Below are positions 29,130 to 38,625 of a DNA stretch of 64,000 nucleotides, one piece after another (within the stretch, counting starts at the first letter, position 1; each line of letters opens with the position of its first letter). Below the pieces are notes generated by a model. That model saw only the letters and a program-made list of their open reading frames with translations, was not told the origin of the DNA and did not search any database. The stretch spans positions 2,277 through 66,276 of the forward strand of contig JAAWAD010000090.1 in assembly GCA_022791995.1 (NCBI GenBank), read 5' to 3'. The DNA comes from Lawsonibacter sp. (GTDB taxonomy: Bacteria; Bacillota; Clostridia; Oscillospirales; Oscillospiraceae). Position numbers and translations under genes: made by a program.

Positions 29130-30152
29130 ATGAAAGCAGTATTGATTTCCGAACCCGGCAGCCTGCAAGTCATTGAGCGGGAGGTCCCCCAAATCACCTC
29201 CGACACAGCAGTTCTGGTCAAAATCCAGGCCGCCGGAATCTGCGGCAGCGACGTCCATATTCTCCACGGAACCCACGCCTATGCGACTTATCCCCGGATC
29301 GTTGGCCATGAGGGCTGTGGCGTGGTGGAGGCTGTGGGTTCCGCTGTCACTGGCTTCCAGCCAGGGGACGCAGTGATCATCGAACCTATCCACAGCTGCG
29401 GCACCTGCTACACCTGCCGCCATGGGCACTATAACTGTTGCCCGAATATTGTGGTGGCCGGCGTCCACTGCGACGGTCTTATGGCGGAGTATGCAGTGGT
29501 AGAGAGCCGCCAGCTGTTCAAGTACGACCCAGCGGTTCTGACGCCTGTACAGGCGGCCCTGGCCGAGCCCTATACTGTGGGTGCCCAGGCCTGCGCCCAG
29601 GGCAATGTGATGGAGGGCGATTTGGTGCTGGTCCACGGCGCCGGCCCCATCGGAACCATCATCTGTGATATGGCGGCCTCTATGGGGGCAAAAGTCATCA
29701 TCTCTGAGGTCAGCGACAGCCGCCGGGAGATGGCTGCCGCCTTTGGCGCGTCCTGTACCATCAATCCCCTCCAGGAGAATCTGTCCCAGTGCGTGGCGGA
29801 GATCAGTGAGGGAATGGGAGTCAACGTGGTCTTTGAGACCACTGGCGTTCCCGCTTTGACCACCAACTCTATCCCGCTCCTCAGCCCCCACGGGCGGTTT
29901 GTGCCCCTGACCTTCGCCCCGGAGCCCATGCCCATCGATTTCCGGCTGGTGAACAAGAACGAGCTGGTCATTGCCGGTACCCGGAACCAGAACAGCAAAT
30001 TCCAGGGTGTGGTGGACAGCCTTCCCAGTCGTAAGGACCGCCTGGACAAGCTGGTCTCCCATGTGTTCCCGGTGGCCGAGGCAGCCGAGGCATTTGACGT
30101 CGCCGCAAACCCGAAGAGCGGTTCCCGGAAGGTTATCATCACCTTTGCATAA
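29130..30152 (+). CDS. Zn-dependent MDR dehydrogenase, paralog of 19871-20893
   Basis: GICGSD, GHE, CGTCYTCRHG and GAGPIG motifs; shares AL.EPYT.GAQA and GRFVP.TF with the paralog. Confidence 0.88.
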   Translation: MKAVLISEPGSLQVIEREVPQITSDTAVLVKIQAAGICGSDVHILHGTHAYATYPRIVGHEGCGVVEAVGSAVTGFQPGDAVIIEPIHSCGTCYTCRHGHYNCCPNIVVAGVHCDGLMAEYAVVESRQLFKYDPAVLTPVQAALAEPYTVGAQACAQGNVMEGDLVLVHGAGPIGTIICDMAASMGAKVIISEVSDSRREMAAAFGASCTINPLQENLSQCVAEISEGMGVNVVFETTGVPALTTNSIPLLSPHGRFVPLTFAPEPMPIDFRLVNKNELVIAGTRNQNSKFQGVVDSLPSRKDRLDKLVSHVFPVAEAAEAFDVAANPKSGSRKVIITFA

Positions 30153-30164
30153 GGAAGAAAGCAT

Positions 30165-30995
30165 ATGATTCCATCCATTACGTCGATTGAAGCCGCCAGC
30201 TGGGAGACTCCGCTGGTGCTGCGGGGACCCTTTGCCGAGACCATCCCACAGGCCCACCGGCTGGGCTACCCCGGTATTGAGCTGCACATCAAGGATTCTG
30301 ATGCCCTGGACCACGCAGCCCTTGCCGCATGTCTCCAGGAAAACGGCGTGCAGCTGACCTCCATTGGGACTGGCCCCTCCTACAGCCAGGACCAGGTGTT
30401 TCTGACTCACCCCGACGCGTCCGTCCGGGCAGAGGCCCTGCGCCGGATGCAGGGCCATATCCGCCTGGGGGCGGAGCTGGGCTCGGTTGTGATTGTGGGC
30501 CTGATGAAGGGCCAGCGGCGGGACTGCGGGCCGGAGGCTCCTTACGATGCCTATCTGGATGCGGGACTGGAGCAGTGCCTTGCCTGGGCGGAGGCACAGG
30601 GGGTGATTTTGGCCTTTGAGGTCATTGACCGGTTTGAAAGCGACTGGCTGAACACGGTGGAGGAGGGCATGGCCCTGCTGGACCGTTTTCGCTCCCCAAG
30701 CCTGACGCTCCACCTGGACACCTTCCACATGAATATTGAAGAGGCGGAGCTGACCCAGGCTATTCTGCGGGCTAAGGGGCACATCGGCCACATCCACGTG
30801 GCCGACAGTGACCGGTGGTACCCCGGCCACGCCCATTACGACTTCCCGGCCACCTTCGCCGCCCTGCGGCAGGCGGGGTACCAGGGGGCCGTGGCTCTGG
30901 AGTCCTTCCTGTACCCAGACCCGGAGACTGCCGCCCGGCGGAGCCTGGAGCGGATCGCCCCCCTGTGTACACCAGACAGTCCGGCGGGAGCCTGA
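30165..30995 (+). CDS. Sugar isomerase/epimerase, xylose-isomerase-like TIM barrel (IolO-like)
   Basis: E.IDRFE, LDTFHMNIEE and HIHVADSDRWYPG motifs. Confidence 0.85.
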   Translation: MIPSITSIEAASWETPLVLRGPFAETIPQAHRLGYPGIELHIKDSDALDHAALAACLQENGVQLTSIGTGPSYSQDQVFLTHPDASVRAEALRRMQGHIRLGAELGSVVIVGLMKGQRRDCGPEAPYDAYLDAGLEQCLAWAEAQGVILAFEVIDRFESDWLNTVEEGMALLDRFRSPSLTLHLDTFHMNIEEAELTQAILRAKGHIGHIHVADSDRWYPGHAHYDFPATFAALRQAGYQGAVALESFLYPDPETAARRSLERIAPLCTPDSPAGA

Positions 30996-31095
30996 GACGT
31001 TTTTTGGCAAAAAAAAGGCCCCTTCTCCCCGGCTTTTGTCTAATATGCAAAAAAAGTCCGGGATAAGTTTGTCTGATTCCACGGACGATTTTTGG

Positions 31096-31124
31096 TTGAA
31101 AAGCGGCGTTGGATTCGCTATAAT
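31096..31124 (+). promoter_or_regulatory. SigA promoter of third TRAP operon
   Basis: TTGAAA-N17-TATAAT. Confidence 0.75.
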
Positions 31125-31203
31125 AAAAACATCGCCTGTGATATACCAAGTAAATATTACAAAAATATCACAAGGAAACAAAGAAGGAAAAGGAGAACGA
31201 AAC

Positions 31204-32265
31204 ATGAAAAAGCTACTTACTCTTGCATTGGCAGCAGCGATGGCGCTCTCTCTGACGGCCTGCGGCGGCGGGAACAGCGGTTCCAATGCCGGAACGCCCA
31301 GCGGCGGCTCCTCCGCCGGCGGAAGCGCGGCCGCCCCCAGCGGCGGGAGCAGCGGCCAGACCTATGAGCTGAAGCTCTCCACCAACCTGGCCGACGACCA
31401 CATTGCCTGCCAAGGTTACTACGGACTGGCGGAGGCGGTGGAGGCCGCCACCGACGGACAGGTGACCATTGTGGTTTACCCCGGTGAGCAGATGGGCAAG
31501 GAGAGCGATGTGACCTCCTCGGTTAGTATGCACGCCAACACCACCGATATTGTCACCTGCGGCCCTGCCGAGCTGTCCAAATACAACCCTGCGTTTTCTC
31601 TGTTTGACGCTCCTTATATCTTCAGCAGCAGTGATTCCATGGTTGCTTTTGCCAACAGCGATGACATCCAGCCCCTCTATGACGAGCTGGCCGCCAGCAG
31701 CAACCTGCGTGTGCTGGGCATGTATTACTACGGCAGCCGTGAGGTGACCGTGAAGGGCTATGCCGCCACCAACCCGGATGGCCTGAAGGGCTGCAAGCTC
31801 CGCGTGCCCGATGCAGAGATCGCCCTGGCCTACGGCGAGGCTCTGGGCGCCACCCCCACCGTCATGTCCCTGGGCGAGGTGTACATGGGTATCCAGCAGG
31901 GCGTTGTGGACGGCCAGGAGAACCCCCTGCCCACCATCAATGCCAACGCCTTCTATGAGGTGTGCGACAACCTGCTGATGACCGATCACGTGATTGCCGC
32001 CGTTACCATCACCATCGACGACCAGACCTGGCAGTCCATGCCCGCTGATCTCCAGGAGAAGGTTCTCACCTGCGTGCAGGACACCTGCAACAAGATCACC
32101 GACGACATCCAGGCCCAGGAGGCGGAGCTCAAAACCGCCATGGCTGAGCACGGCATGAACGTGGTCGAGGTGGATAAGGAGGCCTTCAAGGCCAACTGTG
32201 CCCCCATCTATGAGAAGTACGCCGGCACCTGGGGTGAGTGGTACGATGTAGCCCAGAAGTTCTAA
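31204..32265 (+). CDS. dctP: TRAP substrate-binding lipoprotein
   Basis: Lipobox LTAC; YGSR, KLRVP and GVVDGQENPL motifs; start at 31204 after AAGGAG. Confidence 0.95.
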   Translation: MKKLLTLALAAAMALSLTACGGGNSGSNAGTPSGGSSAGGSAAAPSGGSSGQTYELKLSTNLADDHIACQGYYGLAEAVEAATDGQVTIVVYPGEQMGKESDVTSSVSMHANTTDIVTCGPAELSKYNPAFSLFDAPYIFSSSDSMVAFANSDDIQPLYDELAASSNLRVLGMYYYGSREVTVKGYAATNPDGLKGCKLRVPDAEIALAYGEALGATPTVMSLGEVYMGIQQGVVDGQENPLPTINANAFYEVCDNLLMTDHVIAAVTITIDDQTWQSMPADLQEKVLTCVQDTCNKITDDIQAQEAELKTAMAEHGMNVVEVDKEAFKANCAPIYEKYAGTWGEWYDVAQKF

Positions 32266-32291
32266 GCTTTCCTGACGGACGCAGTCAGAAC

Positions 32292-32332
32292 GCCCCTTGG
32301 TCCTTATCCCGTAAAGATCGAGGGGCATTTTT
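32292..32332 (+). terminator. Hairpin/weak terminator after dctP
   Basis: Stem GCCCCTTGGTC/GATCGAGGGGC followed by ATTTTT. Confidence 0.55.
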
Positions 32333-32425
32333 CTATGAAATTTCTCTCTGGAAACCTGGATGCACGCTCTTCAGGCCTGCTGTTTTGAGCACCTGATTGC
32401 GTCATTTTGAAAGGAGGCCCTGTCT

Positions 32426-32947
32426 GTGAAAAAAATCATGGATGGCTTGAACCGGGTCTATGACGGCTTTAACAAAATCAATGAGTGGTTCGTCATTTTC
32501 CTGATGTGTGCTATGTGCATTGACCTGCTGATTCAGGTCATTTCCCGGTTTGTATTCCGTTCCCCCACCACCTGGTCTGAGGAGCTTGCCCGATATATTT
32601 TTGTGTGGATCGCCCTCTTCGGATCCGCCTGGTGCGGTCGGAAGCATATCCACGTCCGCATGACCGCTGTCATCAGCCGCTTCCCGCGGGGGTTGCTGCG
32701 TGTGCAGCAGCTGGCGGTCAGCGTGATCTGCGCCTTTACCTGCTTCTATCTCTTCCCCTACGCCATCAACATTTTTATGGCCCAGAGCAAGCTTACTGCC
32801 GTTACCCTGGGCGTAAGTCTGGGAATTGAGTACATTGCCGCCCCTGTGGGCCTTTTGATGATGGCGGTCCAGAACACGGTGGATGCCCTGTATGTCCTGC
32901 TGGACTGGGAGGGCTACCAGGCCCGCTACATGCCGAAGGAGGGTTAA
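32426..32947 (+). CDS. dctQ: TRAP transporter small permease
   Basis: QVISRFV, WSEELARY and HVRM motifs. Confidence 0.93.
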   Translation: MKKIMDGLNRVYDGFNKINEWFVIFLMCAMCIDLLIQVISRFVFRSPTTWSEELARYIFVWIALFGSAWCGRKHIHVRMTAVISRFPRGLLRVQQLAVSVICAFTCFYLFPYAINIFMAQSKLTAVTLGVSLGIEYIAAPVGLLMMAVQNTVDALYVLLDWEGYQARYMPKEG

Positions 32948-32948
32948 C

Positions 32949-34223
32949 ATGGCTGTTCTGATGATTTCATTCCTGGCCCTGATGGTTCTGGGCTGCCCCA
33001 TCGCCTACTGTCTGCTGTGCAGCGGCACCCTTTACTTCGCCGTGAACAATATGGCGTTGATTATGGTGGTCCAGCGGCTCACCGAGGGGGCCAACACCTT
33101 TACCCTGCTGGCGGTGCCCGGCTTTATCCTGGCGGGCAACCTGATGAACTCCGGCGAGGTCACCGACCGCATCTTTGACTTCTGCGGCAAGCTGGTGGGA
33201 CACGTCACCGGCGGCCTGGCCCACGCCAACATCCTGGCCTCCGTGGTGTTCGCCGGTATGTCCGGCGCGGCCATCGCCGACGCCGGCGGCCTGGGCGCCA
33301 TCGAGCTGAAGGCCATGCACGACGCCGGCTATGACGACGACTTCTCCCTGGCCGTCACCGGCGCCTCCTCCCTGGTGGGCCCCATCATCCCCCCCTCCAT
33401 CCCCATGGTGGTCTACGGCACCGCCGCCTCGGTGTCCATCGGACGCCTCTTCATGGCTGGCGCTGTTCCCGGCGCGCTGATGGCCATCGCCATGTGCGTC
33501 ATGGTGTACTTCATCAGCAAGAAGCGGGGCTATCAGGCCGAGTCCTGGTGCGGCTGGATGAACCTGCTGCGCTCCTTCAAGCGGGCCTTCCTCTCTCTGC
33601 TGACCGTGGTGGTCATCCTGGGGGGCATCCTCATGGGCGTGTTCACCCCCACCGAGGCCGCCATCATCGCCGTGTTCTACTCCATCTTCCTGGGCTTTTT
33701 CTATCGGACTCTCACCCTGCCCAGGCTCTTTGGCGCCGTGCGGGAGGCCGCTGAAACCACCTGCTCCGTCATGATGATCGTCTGCGGCGCAACTATTTTC
33801 TGCTATATCCTGTCCTACGAGCGCTTCCCCCAGACGGTAGCCAACCTGTTCCTGACCTATGTCAACAACAAATATCTCACCCTGCTCATCATAAACATCT
33901 TCCTGGTCTTCGTGGGCATGTTCATGGACTCCTCCCCCTCCATCATCCTGCTGACCCCCGTCTTCCTGCCGGTGGTCACCGCCATGGGGGTCAACCCTGT
34001 CCACTTCGGCATCATCATGGTGCTCAACCTGATGATCGGCCTGCTGACCCCGCCGGTGGGCATGGTGCTCTACGTCCTCAGCAAGGTCTCCAGCGTGCCC
34101 TTTGAACGGATCTGCAAGGCCATGGTGCCATTTATCATCATGTTCTATATCATGCTGCAATTCATTACCTATGTAGAGGGCATCAGCCTGTTCCTGCCCA
34201 ATCTGCTGTATGGCGCGGCATGA
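32949..34223 (+). CDS. dctM: TRAP transporter large permease
   Basis: AVPGFILAG, GPIIPPSIP, FTPTEA and LTPPVG motifs. Confidence 0.95.
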   Translation: MAVLMISFLALMVLGCPIAYCLLCSGTLYFAVNNMALIMVVQRLTEGANTFTLLAVPGFILAGNLMNSGEVTDRIFDFCGKLVGHVTGGLAHANILASVVFAGMSGAAIADAGGLGAIELKAMHDAGYDDDFSLAVTGASSLVGPIIPPSIPMVVYGTAASVSIGRLFMAGAVPGALMAIAMCVMVYFISKKRGYQAESWCGWMNLLRSFKRAFLSLLTVVVILGGILMGVFTPTEAAIIAVFYSIFLGFFYRTLTLPRLFGAVREAAETTCSVMMIVCGATIFCYILSYERFPQTVANLFLTYVNNKYLTLLIINIFLVFVGMFMDSSPSIILLTPVFLPVVTAMGVNPVHFGIIMVLNLMIGLLTPPVGMVLYVLSKVSSVPFERICKAMVPFIIMFYIMLQFITYVEGISLFLPNLLYGAA

Positions 34224-34238
34224 TGGAAAGAGTGAAGT

Positions 34239-35741
34239 ATGACAGAACATAATCAGCTTTTCTTGATCCAACCAAATGACAATGTGGCTGTGGCCCTGAC
34301 CGCGCTCCAGGCCGGTACCCTCTGCCGGGCGGGGGAGGTCCAGGTTACACTGCGCCAGGATGTGCCCCAGGCCCATAAGGTGGCGCTGACCCATATCCCC
34401 GCGGGAGGACAGGTCATCAAGTATGGTCTGCCCATCGGCCACGCCACCCAGGAGATCCAGCCGGGAGACTATGTACATATCCACAACGTCACCACCAATC
34501 TGGAGGGTCTGCTGGAGTATACCTATCAGCCGGACCTTACGGTCCGGGAGCGGTTTGCCCAGCGGGAAGAGGTCTTTTTTGACGGCTACCTCCGTCCCGA
34601 CGGTCGGGCAGGCACCCGCAATGAGCTCTGGATCGTTCCCACGGTAGGCTGCGTCAACCAGACCGCCCGCATCCTGGCCCAGATGGCCAAGGAGAAGTTC
34701 GGAGACCGGGTGGACGATGTGCAGGCCATGGTCCACAACGCCGGATGCAGCCAGCTGGGGGACGATATGCTCATCACCCAGAAGTTGCTCAAGGGGCTGA
34801 TCAACCATCCCAACGCCGGCGCGGTGCTGGTGTTGAGCCTGGGCTGCGAGAACAACTGCCTGGAGTATTTCCGGCCGGTCCTGGGGGAGGTGGACCCCCA
34901 GCGGGTCAAATTCCTGGTGACGCAGGACCACACCGACGAGTATGCCGCCGGTATGGAGCTGCTGGATCAGCTGACGGCCTATGCCTCTGGCTTCCGCCGC
35001 CAGCCGGTGTCCGCCTCCAAGCTGACCATCGGACTCAAGTGCGGCAGCTCAGACGCCTTCTCTGGAATTTCTGCCAATCCCCTCTGCGGGCGGGTCACGG
35101 ACAAGGTGGTCCGCTGCGGCGGCGGCGCGATTTTGACAGAGGTGTCCGAGATGTTCGGCGCAGAGACCCGTCTTATGGCCCGGGCGGCCAATGAGGAGGT
35201 TTTCCAGGGGGTGGTGGGCCTGATTAACGACTTTAAGTCCTACTTTATACGCTATGGCCAGCCCATCGACCGCAACCCCTGTCCCGGCAACATCCGAAGT
35301 GGCATTTCCACCGACGAGGACAAGTCCATGGGCAACATCCAAAAGGGCGGCACTGCCCCTGTGGTGGACGTGCTGTCCTATGGGGACCCGGTGACCCGAA
35401 ACGGTTTGTCCCTCCTCATCGGCAGCGGCAACGACGCCATGTCGGTGACCAACCTCACCGCCAGCGGGGCCAACGTGGTGCTGTTCACCACTGGAAATGG
35501 CAATCCCTTCGGGGCGGTGGTGCCAACGGTGAAGATCTCCTCCAACACGGCGCTGTACCGGAAGAAGCCCGGCTGGATTGATTTCAACGCGGGGGCTCTG
35601 CTGGAGGGCAGCACCTTTGAGCAGATGTCGGCTGAACTGTTTCAGTATGTGCTGGACGTGGCCAGCGGACGCATCCATACCAACAACGAGGTGCATGGCT
35701 ATCGGGAGATCTCCATCTTCCGGGACGGTGTAACCCTGTAA
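34239..35741 (+). CDS. uxaA: Altronate dehydratase (UxaA family)
   Basis: SAF domain DNVAVAL/HKVAL/IKYG; PTVGCVN, GCSQLGDD, LGCENN, KCGSSD and LFTTG motifs. Confidence 0.92.
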   Translation: MTEHNQLFLIQPNDNVAVALTALQAGTLCRAGEVQVTLRQDVPQAHKVALTHIPAGGQVIKYGLPIGHATQEIQPGDYVHIHNVTTNLEGLLEYTYQPDLTVRERFAQREEVFFDGYLRPDGRAGTRNELWIVPTVGCVNQTARILAQMAKEKFGDRVDDVQAMVHNAGCSQLGDDMLITQKLLKGLINHPNAGAVLVLSLGCENNCLEYFRPVLGEVDPQRVKFLVTQDHTDEYAAGMELLDQLTAYASGFRRQPVSASKLTIGLKCGSSDAFSGISANPLCGRVTDKVVRCGGGAILTEVSEMFGAETRLMARAANEEVFQGVVGLINDFKSYFIRYGQPIDRNPCPGNIRSGISTDEDKSMGNIQKGGTAPVVDVLSYGDPVTRNGLSLLIGSGNDAMSVTNLTASGANVVLFTTGNGNPFGAVVPTVKISSNTALYRKKPGWIDFNAGALLEGSTFEQMSAELFQYVLDVASGRIHTNNEVHGYREISIFRDGVTL

Positions 35742-35765
35742 TTCAAATACTGAAGGAGGCGCGGT

Positions 35766-36590
35766 ATGAAATTCAGCGCGACTGTGACATTGCAATATGA
35801 TACCCCCTTTTCTCCCTTCTCTGCCGCGGAATATGTTCAGGGGCTGGACTGGATCAAGGCCAGCGGCCTGGAGGGCGCAGAGCTCTGTATCAGCCACTAT
35901 AACGGCCTGGATCTGGGCCTTGTGAAGGCGCAGCTGGAGGAGCGCGGCCTGAGCTGCTCTACCATCTCCACCGGGCAGGCCCGCGGCCTGGAGGGGCTTT
36001 CCCTCACCGGTGTGTCGCAGGACCTCCAGGAAAAGACCCAGCAGCGGTTCCGCCAGCACATTGACGCTGCGGCGTATCTGGGCAGCAAGGTGACCATCGG
36101 CCTTATGCGGGGGGGCGGCAGCGTCAGCACTGCCCAGGAGGACCTGAAGGCCCTGCGGGAGGCGATGCTTCCGTTGGCCGATTATGCCAGCCAAAAGGGG
36201 GTTACGCTGCTGCTGGAGGCAATCAACCGCTATGAGACGGCTATGCTGAACTCCGCCGAAGCCACGTTGGATTTTGTGGTTCACAGCTTGGGAAATCCCG
36301 ACTGTGTGGGCATCCTGTGGGACGTGTTTCACGCCAATATCGAGGATATTGAGTTCCGCCGCAGTATAGACGCCATGGGAAAAAAGCTTCAGCATGTGCA
36401 TCTGGCGGATTCCAACCGGAAGTTCCCCGGCTATGGGCATCTGGACATTGCCGGCGTACTGAAATACATTGAAGACTCTGGGTATGGAGAATATGCCTCC
36501 TTCGAGTGCTTGAACCTGCCCTCTGTAAAGGCGGTGCGGGAGGAAACCGGTCCCTGGGTGGCCTCCGTTCGGGCTGTTTCCGAGGGATAA
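35766..36590 (+). CDS. Sugar isomerase/epimerase, xylose-isomerase-like TIM barrel (IolO-like)
   Basis: EAINRYE, DVFHANIED and HVHLADSNRKFPG.GH motifs. Confidence 0.85.
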   Translation: MKFSATVTLQYDTPFSPFSAAEYVQGLDWIKASGLEGAELCISHYNGLDLGLVKAQLEERGLSCSTISTGQARGLEGLSLTGVSQDLQEKTQQRFRQHIDAAAYLGSKVTIGLMRGGGSVSTAQEDLKALREAMLPLADYASQKGVTLLLEAINRYETAMLNSAEATLDFVVHSLGNPDCVGILWDVFHANIEDIEFRRSIDAMGKKLQHVHLADSNRKFPGYGHLDIAGVLKYIEDSGYGEYASFECLNLPSVKAVREETGPWVASVRAVSEG

Positions 36591-36630
36591 GGAAAACGGT
36601 TCCCTCGTAAAAACGGAAAATCCAAGAAAG

Positions 36631-36673
36631 TCCCTCTGATGCAGAAAAACAAGGCTGCATCAGGGGGATTTTT
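36631..36673 (+). terminator. Intrinsic terminator
   Basis: Stem TCCCTCTGATGCAG/CTGCATCAGGGGGA then TTTTT. Confidence 0.75.
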
Positions 36674-36716
36674 GCGATAGCCGGCACAAAATGCGGCCGG
36701 CGGTGAAAATAGGGGC

Positions 36717-36745
36717 TTGCCATTCCGCACAGAAACGAGTACAAT
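36717..36745 (+). promoter_or_regulatory. SigA promoter
   Basis: TTGCCA-N17-TACAAT. Confidence 0.65.
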
Positions 36746-36786
36746 GAACAGTACATGCGCTTGAGACGCGAGACTGGGGGAACGAT

Positions 36787-38625
36787 ATGAACCGCACGCT
36801 GGAGCAGATTCTGCCCAAGGTACAAAAGCCCGCCCGATACACCGGCGGGGAGTATAATCAGGTGGTCAAGGACCGGAAGGCCGTGACCACCCGCTTTGCC
36901 CTGTGTTTTCCCGACACCTATGAGATCGGCATGTCCAACCTGGGCTGTCGTATCCTCTATGGAGTGATGAACCAGCGGGAGGACGTGTGGTGTGAGCGGT
37001 GCTTCGCCCCCTGGGGGGATATGGAGGAGGAGCTGCGCCGGGCAGGGATGCTCCTCTATGGTCTGGAGAGCGGGGACCCCATCTGCGACTTTGACATTAT
37101 CGGCTTCTCTCTGGGGTATGAGATGGCCTATTCCAATGTGCTGAACATGCTGGATCTGGCTGGCCTGCCTCTCCGGGCCGCAGAGAGGCCGGATCTAACG
37201 CCCCTGGTGGTGGCGGGAGGGACCTGCTGCTACAACCCGGAGCCCCTTGCGCCCTTTGTGGATTTGTTCGTCCTAGGCGAGGGGGAGGAGGTCACCCTGG
37301 AGTATATCGACCTGCTTCAGCAGGCCCGGGAGGAGGGCTGGTCCAAGGAGGAGTTCCTTCTGGAGGCGGCAGGGATCCCGGGGATCTATGTCCCCACTCT
37401 CTATGAGCCGGTGTACCGCCCGGACGGCGTTCTGGAGGAGGTCCGGGCCCTGGAGGGGGCCCCGGAGCTCGTCACCAAGCGGATTGTCCAGAATATGGAC
37501 GAGGCATATTTCCCGGTGAAGACCATTATCCCCTCCACCGAGATTGTCCATGACCGGGTGATGCTGGAGCTGTTCCGGGGCTGCATCCGGGGCTGCCGGT
37601 TCTGTCAGGCGGGATACGCCTACCGGCCGGTGCGCGCCCGGAGCGCCGGGCTGCTGGAGGAGTACGGCAAGGCGGCCTGTCAGGACTCAGGCTATCAGGA
37701 GATGACCCTCTCCTCCCTGTCCTCCACCGATTATCCCCAGCTGATGGAGCTGTGCGACGGCCTGCTGGACTACTGCGCCCCCCGGGATATCGGCCTGTCC
37801 CTCCCCTCTCTCCGGGCGGATACCTTCTCCATGAGCCTGATGGAGCGCCTTCAGCGGGTGCGGAAGGGGGGGCTCACTTTCGCCCCAGAGGCGGGCACCC
37901 AGCGCCTGCGGGACGCCATCAACAAGAACCTGCGGGAGGAGGACCTGCTCCAGTCGGTGCGCACCGCCTTCTCAGGGGGATGGAGCGGGGTGAAGCTCTA
38001 CTTTATGCTGGGTCTGCCCACCGAGACCGACGAGGACGTGCTGGGCATCGCCGATCTGGCCCGGAAGGTCTACTTCGTCTGGCGGGAGGTCTCTCCCAAT
38101 AAGGCCCGGGGGGTGCGGATTACGGTATCCACCTCCTGGTTTGTCCCCAAGCCCCACACCGCCTTCCAGTGGGAGGCCCAGATCCCCGTGGAGGAGTACC
38201 AGCGGCGGGTGGACCTGCTGCGGGACGCCTTCCGGCGGGACAAGTCCATCACCTACAACTGGCACGACCCCCAGACCAGCTATCTGGAGGCCGTCTTCTC
38301 CCGGGGGGACCGGCGGCTGGCCGATGTGCTGGAGTACGCCTGGCAGCAGGGTGCCCGGATGGATGCATGGAGCGAGTACTTTGATTACCAGCGGTGGCTG
38401 GACGCCCTGGCCGCCTGCGGGCTGAGCGGGGACTTCTATGCCCATCGGGAGCGGTCCCGGGACGAGGTTTTCCCCTGGTGCCGGCTGTCCACCGGGGTGG
38501 ACGCTGGATTCCTATGGCGGGAGCGGGAGCTGTGCTACCAATCTCAGACGACCCCCGACTGCCGTACTCGGTGCTCCGGCTGTGGGGCCAACAAGCTGCT
38601 GACAGGAGGTGGCCGCTGTGGCTGA
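36787..38625 (+). CDS. TIGR03960-family B12-binding radical SAM protein
   Basis: KPARYTGGE, FPDTYEIGMSNLG, CIRGCRFC (CxxxCxxC), TFAPEAG and C-terminal C...C.GCG. Confidence 0.93.
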   Translation: MNRTLEQILPKVQKPARYTGGEYNQVVKDRKAVTTRFALCFPDTYEIGMSNLGCRILYGVMNQREDVWCERCFAPWGDMEEELRRAGMLLYGLESGDPICDFDIIGFSLGYEMAYSNVLNMLDLAGLPLRAAERPDLTPLVVAGGTCCYNPEPLAPFVDLFVLGEGEEVTLEYIDLLQQAREEGWSKEEFLLEAAGIPGIYVPTLYEPVYRPDGVLEEVRALEGAPELVTKRIVQNMDEAYFPVKTIIPSTEIVHDRVMLELFRGCIRGCRFCQAGYAYRPVRARSAGLLEEYGKAACQDSGYQEMTLSSLSSTDYPQLMELCDGLLDYCAPRDIGLSLPSLRADTFSMSLMERLQRVRKGGLTFAPEAGTQRLRDAINKNLREEDLLQSVRTAFSGGWSGVKLYFMLGLPTETDEDVLGIADLARKVYFVWREVSPNKARGVRITVSTSWFVPKPHTAFQWEAQIPVEEYQRRVDLLRDAFRRDKSITYNWHDPQTSYLEAVFSRGDRRLADVLEYAWQQGARMDAWSEYFDYQRWLDALAACGLSGDFYAHRERSRDEVFPWCRLSTGVDAGFLWRERELCYQSQTTPDCRTRCSGCGANKLLTGGGRCG

